DNA of 30,725 nucleotides from Candidatus Woesearchaeota archaeon (GTDB lineage Archaea; Nanobdellota; Nanobdellia; Woesearchaeales; WAPY01): NCBI GenBank assembly GCA_027064225.1, contig JAMOQB010000053.1, positions 1 to 30,725 of the forward strand, read 5' to 3'. Shown piece by piece: positions 25,285 to 30,725 of this stretch (position 1 is its first letter; each line of letters starts with the position of its first letter). The notes under the pieces were generated by a model. It saw only the letters and a program-made list of their open reading frames with translations, ran no database searches and was not told where the DNA came from. The position numbers and the translations under genes were made by a program.

Positions 25285-26439
25285 TTAGCACCTCCTCTGT
25301 CTGTACTCTTTAACTATTTTTTCAAAATCCAATTTGGTTTTGGGTTTTATTTTTAAATCCTCACTTTTAATTATGAGAAAGTTATCAGTTTCAAACAAAA
25401 CCTTTACAGAGTTTATATTTACAAAGTACGCGTTGAAGAGTTTCTTTACATTTCTATTGGGATTTTTATTGTAAAGGATAACTTTTATATGGTCACTTCT
25501 TATGCTGTCCTTTTTAGAATATATCTCATTAGGATTATCAATGAACAAGTGCTTGAATCTTGCTGATGAGATTGTATCCACAGCTTTCTTGGAGGATAAA
25601 TTTTTGAGTTTTGGAACTGCAACAAATTCCCCTGCATCAGACAGGGCTGTGTCAATTTTCTTCTTGAATTTTAAAAGATTCTTCTCTGCGTTGGATATTT
25701 GGGATTTTAAAAACTCATTCTCTCTTTTAAGTTCTTCCAAAATTGATTTCTCTGAGGTATCACTCGCCTTTGCAAGCATAAGTGTTAATGCCTTATTTTT
25801 CTCTCTACTGATTTCAAGTTTGTGCTTCAATTTTCTATTCTCGTTGAGGAGTATTTTCATTTGCTTCTCCAGAGATTTCACCTTGAGCAGGTCTGCCTTA
25901 TCCTGCTTTTTATCTTGCCCCACTTTTAGGGTGCCTCCTTTCTCATTAATAAGTTTAGGCTTCGGCTTAACAATCTCAAAAGCTTCTTTCACACTCACAC
26001 CTGAAAACACAATCCTCTGAACAACAGCTTCGTATGTTTCTCGTTTTAAGCTCTTATCATTCTCAAATGCATTGTCAATTTTCTTAAGAAGAGGTTTCAG
26101 CTTCTTGTAAGCTGTAAGCATTGCACTTATCGCGTCTCTTTCGTGAGGATTACCATAATCAAATGTGGATGCAAGTTTCACCTTCTCCTCCTCTAACAGA
26201 TTCTTCTTTGGAGTTATCAGCTTCGCTCCAAGCAACGAGCTCAACTTGACGACATTTATAGGTGCGGGAAGTTTGTCAGAGCCAACTGCAAGAACAAATC
26301 CCTCTTTAACAAGGGCTTGAACAAGTTTGTTTATTCCAAGGTTCCGCTTGGACCAGAACTTCACTTTTCCAGTTTGAATGTCAAGTATGGATACTCCTAT
26401 TGTAGTTCCAGGGTCAACACCTACGATTAAGTTGTGCAT
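25285..26439 (-). CDS. DUF460-domain protein (COG2433-like; RNase H-fold N-terminus plus coiled coil)
   Basis: LIVGVDPGTTIGVSILD, AVGSDKLPAP, NPHERDAISA, then a coiled coil. TATA TTTTTATAA at 26461-26469. Confidence 0.88.
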   Translation of the reverse strand: MHNLIVGVDPGTTIGVSILDIQTGKVKFWSKRNLGINKLVQALVKEGFVLAVGSDKLPAPINVVKLSSLLGAKLITPKKNLLEEEKVKLASTFDYGNPHERDAISAMLTAYKKLKPLLKKIDNAFENDKSLKRETYEAVVQRIVFSGVSVKEAFEIVKPKPKLINEKGGTLKVGQDKKQDKADLLKVKSLEKQMKILLNENRKLKHKLEISREKNKALTLMLAKASDTSEKSILEELKRENEFLKSQISNAEKNLLKFKKKIDTALSDAGEFVAVPKLKNLSSKKAVDTISSARFKHLFIDNPNEIYSKKDSIRSDHIKVILYNKNPNRNVKKLFNAYFVNINSVKVLFETDNFLIIKSEDLKIKPKTKLDFEKIVKEYRQRRC

Positions 26440-26497
26440 TCTTAGAGAATTGTGTGGGAATTATAAAAATCATTTGTTTAAAAGTAAAATTTTATTT

Positions 26498-26529
26498 AAA
26501 AAATAAAAAAATAAAACCGCTCTTTGCGG
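26498..26529 (-). terminator. Hairpin followed by oligo-T tract (putative terminator)
   Basis: Minus strand reads CCGC-AAAGA-GCGG then TTTTATTTTTTTATTTTTT, downstream of the 26661-27554 gene. Confidence 0.55.
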
Positions 26530-26660
26530 AATTCTAGTTTGAGCAGTTCTATACATGAGTTAGCATTGATTTATATATGTTTTGCTATAAAAACTGTCAA
26601 TTAAAATACAAAAAGCACTCTTATTTGAGCTTATTATTGTTCAGTAAGGTTCATTATTGC

Positions 26661-27554
26661 TCATAACCTTATTATTATATTTTTTTTGCCTTGTTTTCTC
26701 TTGGTAATCAGTTTTCTTTCTTCTAATTCCTTTAAAAGCTGACTGAGTTTAGCTTTTGACATTCCTGTTACTACTCTTAAGGTGCCTTGCTCACATTTTC
26801 CCCCTTTTTGCTTCAAAATATTGAGGACCTGCTCTTCATCCTCTTTTAAATGTTTTGAGATTTTGTCCACCTTGCGAATAATAATCTTCTCCACTTTGGG
26901 CTTCTTCTTTACAAAGAAGAATATGCTTACAGGAGTTAATATAAGAAGAAGGATAACAGTATAAAGAACAAACTTGTTTGTCCTCTGTTTAAGAAGCACA
27001 ATTATTGGATAAGATTTTCCTTTAGGAGTGTCGTTGTACGCCCACACAAAGCTAATGGTCTGCCCGTCAGTTTCCAAAGCTGTCGGTTCAGGATAAATAG
27101 ATGCTGTGGAGAATGTCCCCTTCTTGACAGGACTTTCAAGAATGTAATTTGGAGCGAGTTTGAGTTTGATTGTAAAATTTGAGAATGAAAAAGGACTTTC
27201 AAGGTCAGTTATGAAAATGTTCCTCTTAAGCATGGATTTAGAATCATAAGAAAGTTGGATTGTTTTAGCAATCCTATAAATACTTATCACTTTATAATTT
27301 CCAAGATTGATTATTGTTGGCTTGCTCTCAACTCCATCAATCTTAAGATTTATGTTCATTGCATCTTTCGGCAGGTTCAACCTAAGCTCAATAAGCCTTG
27401 ACTGTCCAAAGGAGTAAAGAACATTAACTGTAACTTCATTGTCATGTATAAAAAAGTCATATTGTGCTGTGGAATTGCTTGCATTCGCATTCACAAGTGG
27501 GATTAAGAGTAGAATCAAGAATCCCAAACTAAATGCAATACCAAACCGCTTCAT
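26661..27554 (-). CDS. Membrane-anchored protein with extracytoplasmic domain and C-terminal winged helix-turn-helix (COG2512-like)
   Basis: Signal peptide (MKRFGIAFSLGFLILLLIPLVNA), beta-rich domain, TM helix (FVLYTVILLLILTPVSIFFFV), then LKEDEEQVLNILKQKGG...QGTL...GMSKAKLSQLLKELEERKLI. Confidence 0.85.
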   Translation of the reverse strand: MKRFGIAFSLGFLILLLIPLVNANASNSTAQYDFFIHDNEVTVNVLYSFGQSRLIELRLNLPKDAMNINLKIDGVESKPTIINLGNYKVISIYRIAKTIQLSYDSKSMLKRNIFITDLESPFSFSNFTIKLKLAPNYILESPVKKGTFSTASIYPEPTALETDGQTISFVWAYNDTPKGKSYPIIVLLKQRTNKFVLYTVILLLILTPVSIFFFVKKKPKVEKIIIRKVDKISKHLKEDEEQVLNILKQKGGKCEQGTLRVVTGMSKAKLSQLLKELEERKLITKRKQGKKNIIIRL

Positions 27555-27603
27555 ATGAACTTATAAAAGAACTTAGTAATATAAAAGTTTTCTGGAAGGA
27601 GAT

Positions 27604-28203
27604 TTAAAAAAGGTCTATCATTCTAAACTTTCCTGGATTGATTATTTTTGTTTTTCTAAAGTTAACTTCCAAGCCGGCATGTTCATGTAAGTGTCCGCAG
27701 ATGATTAGATTAAGCTTTTCAGACTTCATGAACTCTGTAAACTCAAAAGTGCCAACATGCTCTCCCCCAAGGTCATCAAGAAAGCCGTAAGGAGGGTTAT
27801 GAGTTACAAAAACAACCTTCTCCGGCTTATTCTTTTCTATCAATCTATGGAAGAATGGTTGAACATCCAAAAAGTCAGGTTCTGTATTTGTAAAATTTGC
27901 ACCGCCGTATCCCAAAAAGAGAGTTTTCTTAACCATAAAAAAGCTCTTATGCAAATTTATTATGTTGTGAAGGTCTACGCTCTCTGCAATCAGCTGTTCC
28001 TCTGTCTCATGATTGCCTGGAACAACTAACACTTTTACTTTGCTCTTGTTAAGTTCAACAAGGGTTTTCCTAAGTTTATTTCCAAGATTAGATAGGTCTC
28101 CTGCAACAACTACAACATCTGCTAAATGAGAATATTTCACAACCTTCTTAACAGCTTTGATATCTCCGTGAAGGTCCGCGCTCGCAAGTATTCGGATATG
28201 CAT
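27604..28203 (-). CDS. Calcineurin-like metallophosphoesterase (Icc-related)
   Basis: All five motifs present: ADLHG, AGDL, PGNHE, THNPP, CGHLHE, plus terminal NPG. Confidence 0.93.
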   Translation of the reverse strand: MHIRILASADLHGDIKAVKKVVKYSHLADVVVVAGDLSNLGNKLRKTLVELNKSKVKVLVVPGNHETEEQLIAESVDLHNIINLHKSFFMVKKTLFLGYGGANFTNTEPDFLDVQPFFHRLIEKNKPEKVVFVTHNPPYGFLDDLGGEHVGTFEFTEFMKSEKLNLIICGHLHEHAGLEVNFRKTKIINPGKFRMIDLF

Positions 28204-28300
28204 GTGAATCTTTAAGTAGCATTAACTTGTTTAAAAAACTTTTTAACAAACAAAACCTTTTTAAATGGAGATGTGTTTTTAAAGAAAAAGAGGTGAGACC

Positions 28301-28864
28301 ATGCTTAATCTGATTAAGGATTTAATTTACATATCAAAGAGATTTGATAAAAAGAAAGAGAGTTGGGACCCCTTCTTCCTGATTCTAAGTTCATCTTTGA
28401 TTGTCTCACTTGCAAGCTTATCTGTCACAAAAAATTTGTCAAGTGTAAGTGTAGGTGTTGCAGTTGCAACATTTCTCGCAACTTTCATAGGTGCATACTT
28501 TTTTGCATACTTGATTTTTATCGGATTCACCATACTCAAAGAGAGTGGGGATTACACAAAAGCGTTGAACGCTGTTAGTTTAAGTTTAAGTGTGTTCTCA
28601 GTTGGATACTTAATATCAGCTCTATTAAGTATAGTGCCTGGAGGCATTTTTTGGAATTATCTAATGAGTTTGCTTGCCATAATAGTATTTGCAACAGGAC
28701 TCTTTACCTCAGTTGCACTTTTAATAAAGCTGTGTTCAAATTTATTTAAGAGTGATGTAATCACCTCAAGCATAATCTTAATAATTTTATTGGTAACATT
28801 GTATGCGTCTGCAAATATACTTGTAATTTTAATTGTAGCAAGGTTTTATCCTCTAATGTTTTAG
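28301..28864 (+). CDS. Polytopic membrane protein (possibly Yip1-like)
   Basis: About five hydrophobic helices; SD GAGGTGA at 28290-28296. The Yip1 resemblance is tentative. Confidence 0.7.
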   Translation: MLNLIKDLIYISKRFDKKKESWDPFFLILSSSLIVSLASLSVTKNLSSVSVGVAVATFLATFIGAYFFAYLIFIGFTILKESGDYTKALNAVSLSLSVFSVGYLISALLSIVPGGIFWNYLMSLLAIIVFATGLFTSVALLIKLCSNLFKSDVITSSIILIILLVTLYASANILVILIVARFYPLMF

Positions 28865-28906
28865 TCAAGCCAAAAGATTAATAAAAAAAGCACTGTTTAA
28901 AGGGTT

Positions 28907-30725
28907 ATGCTCTACAAAACCTTCATAGATTACTTTGAAAAGATTGAAAGCACAAGTAAAAGATTAAATAAAACTTACATACTATCAAAGCTTCTTAAGA
29001 CAACTAAAGATGATGATTTAGAGCAGGTAACACTTCTCGTCCAGGGCAAAGTATTTCCCGAATGTGACCAGAGAGAAATAGGCGTTGCCTCAAAGATGAT
29101 AATAAAAGCCATAAGCAACGCAACTGGTTACTCCTCAAATGAGATAGAAGAATACTGGAGAAAACTTGGAGACCTTGGTAAGGTCGCAGAGATTTTAACA
29201 AAAAAGAAGAAGCAGAGCAAACTCTTCAGCAAGGAGCTAACTGTACGAAAGGTGTTTGAGAACTTGCAGAAGCTTGCAAAGATTGAGGGTCAAAACAGCA
29301 CAGACATAAAAATAAGAATTATCTCTGAACTCTTGTCAAATGCTTCTCCAAGAGAGGCGTTGTATATTGTAAGAACTGTTCTCTCTGAACTGAGAGTGGG
29401 TATTGGTGAAGGAACTTTAAGGGACGCAATTGTTTGGGCATTCTTCCCGAAGGTAGTAGGAATATTTGTTCAGTGCTCAAAATGTGGGGCTTGGGTGCCA
29501 AACTCTGATGAGTGTCCTGAATGCGGGGCTAAACTGAACCCTGTTGCTGAGCCAAAGATAAGCGGAAAAATCTTGAATGTTAAGAGTTTAAACGATGTTA
29601 AGAATAAGGAGATTATTAACTATGATTTTATCATTTGTGATGATGAAAAAGATGCGAGGGAGGTTTATAATTATATTGTAGATGCTGTTCAGAACGCTTA
29701 CAATATTCTAACCGACTTTGCCCTTGTGAGTGTTGAAGCCAAAAAAGGCATATTAAATCTAAAAAGGGTAAGCTTAAAGCCGGGCAGACCTGTGAAAGTT
29801 ATGCTTGCAATAAAAGTAAAAACCTTAAGAGAGGGCTTTGAAACTGTTGGTAGGCCTGCCCAGCTTGAGTATAAGTATGATGGATTCAGAGTTCACATTC
29901 ACAAATGGAATGGAAATGTTAAGGTTTTCACGCGCAGATTAGAAGATGTAACTCATCAATTTCCAGATATTGTTAAAGCAACAAAGTATGTATCTGCTGA
30001 CAGCTTTATTATAGATGGAGAAGCTGTTGGATACGATAAGAAGACTAAAAAATCCCTGCCTTTCCAAATGATTTCTCAGAGAATAAAGAGGAAGTATGAT
30101 ATTGACAGGATGGTTAAGGAACTTCCAGTAGAGGTTAATGTTTTTGACATTCTCTACTACAATGGTGAGAATGTGCTGAGCAAAAGCTTGGAGGAGCGAA
30201 GGAAAATAATTGAAAGAATAATCAAGGAAAAAGAGGGTTCTATTGTCTTATCAAAAAAACTTGTTACATCTTCGGAGGAGGATGCAAGAAAATTCTTTGA
30301 AGAATCCATAAGCCACAGCAATGAGGGAATTATGTTTAAAAATCTTAAAGCACCGTACAAACCAGGAGCAAGGGTTGGTTTCATGGTCAAGTACAAGCAG
30401 GTCATGGAAACCCTTGACTTAGTTATCGTAGGAGCAGAGTGGGGGGAGGGTAAAAGAGCCAAATGGCTATCAAGCTTCTACATAGCGTGTAGGGATAATG
30501 ACGGAAACCTGCTGAGAATTGGAAAAGCAGCATCCGGTTTGAAAGAAAAACCTGAAGAAGGACTAAGCTTTGAAGACATGACTAAAATGTTAAGTCCTTT
30601 AATAATTGAACAGAAAGGTCGTTATGTGAAGGTTGAGCCAAAGGTTATTGTGGAAGTCGCGTATGAAGAAATTCAGAAATCACCAGAGTATGAATCAGGA
30701 TTTGCCCTGAGGTTCCCAAGAATAA
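28907..30725 (+). CDS. lig: ATP-dependent DNA ligase, 3'-truncated by the window edge, with a zinc-ribbon insertion (not in the ORF track)
   Basis: Open frame from ATG 28907 to the window end. DBD motifs GDLGKVAE and LRVGIGEG; motif I EYKYDGFR (K323), FTRRLEDVT, IIDGEAV, VFDILY, NEGIMFK, YKPGARVGFMVKYK, DLVIVGAEWGEGKR, FALRFPR. Confidence 0.97.
   Translation, partial: MLYKTFIDYFEKIESTSKRLNKTYILSKLLKTTKDDDLEQVTLLVQGKVFPECDQREIGVASKMIIKAISNATGYSSNEIEEYWRKLGDLGKVAEILTKKKKQSKLFSKELTVRKVFENLQKLAKIEGQNSTDIKIRIISELLSNASPREALYIVRTVLSELRVGIGEGTLRDAIVWAFFPKVVGIFVQCSKCGAWVPNSDECPECGAKLNPVAEPKISGKILNVKSLNDVKNKEIINYDFIICDDEKDAREVYNYIVDAVQNAYNILTDFALVSVEAKKGILNLKRVSLKPGRPVKVMLAIKVKTLREGFETVGRPAQLEYKYDGFRVHIHKWNGNVKVFTRRLEDVTHQFPDIVKATKYVSADSFIIDGEAVGYDKKTKKSLPFQMISQRIKRKYDIDRMVKELPVEVNVFDILYYNGENVLSKSLEERRKIIERIIKEKEGSIVLSKKLVTSSEEDARKFFEESISHSNEGIMFKNLKAPYKPGARVGFMVKYKQVMETLDLVIVGAEWGEGKRAKWLSSFYIACRDNDGNLLRIGKAASGLKEKPEEGLSFEDMTKMLSPLIIEQKGRYVKVEPKVIVEVAYEEIQKSPEYESGFALRFPRI

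Noticed and set aside
29447-29665. Ligase insertion as an intein
   Set aside because: No N-terminal Cys/Ser splice junction, no terminal His-Asn and no LAGLIDADG motif; too short and not in a conserved catalytic motif.
1-30725. nth, polB, second glycosylase and ligase as a base-excision-repair cluster
   Set aside because: They are scattered over 30 kb on different strands with separate promoters; co-occurrence is expected in a small genome.
1-30725. CRISPR arrays, IS elements, rRNA, SRP/RNase P RNA, recoded stop codons
   Set aside because: No regularly spaced repeats, transposase motifs or long GC-rich structured gaps seen by eye; TAA, TAG and TGA all terminate well-recognised genes.

Overview
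A gene-dense, mostly housekeeping archaeal chromosome segment. It has archaeal-type PolB, LonB, Sm, L37e, S8e, aIF5B, Trm1, aEF-1beta, RtcA and ATP-dependent DNA ligase, two intron-less tRNAs, TATA boxes and GGTGA-type Shine-Dalgarno sites. The compact layout and style of the hypothetical proteins suggest a DPANN (Woesearchaeales/Nanoarchaeota-like) organism; this is inference, not a database result. I found no CRISPR array, transposase, integrase or intein. Three real genes are missing from the supplied ORF track: rpl37e (10523-10690), a zinc-finger gene before aEF-1beta (19673-19831) and the DNA ligase (28907 to window end). The best candidates for undescribed biology are: (1) a 618-aa internally duplicated protein, degenerate nucleotidyltransferase + intact nucleotidyltransferase + HEPN (Rx4H) + degenerate HEPN; (2) a tightly coupled DUF460 / AAA+ ATPase / vWA / RtcA operon whose RtcA lacks the metal-binding Glu; (3) a C4 zinc-ribbon insertion in the DNA ligase; (4) several coiled-coil proteins with N-terminal aromatic-basic tips, including a tandem cluster sharing a paralogous ~64-aa module. 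All family assignments come from motif recognition by eye, without searches.
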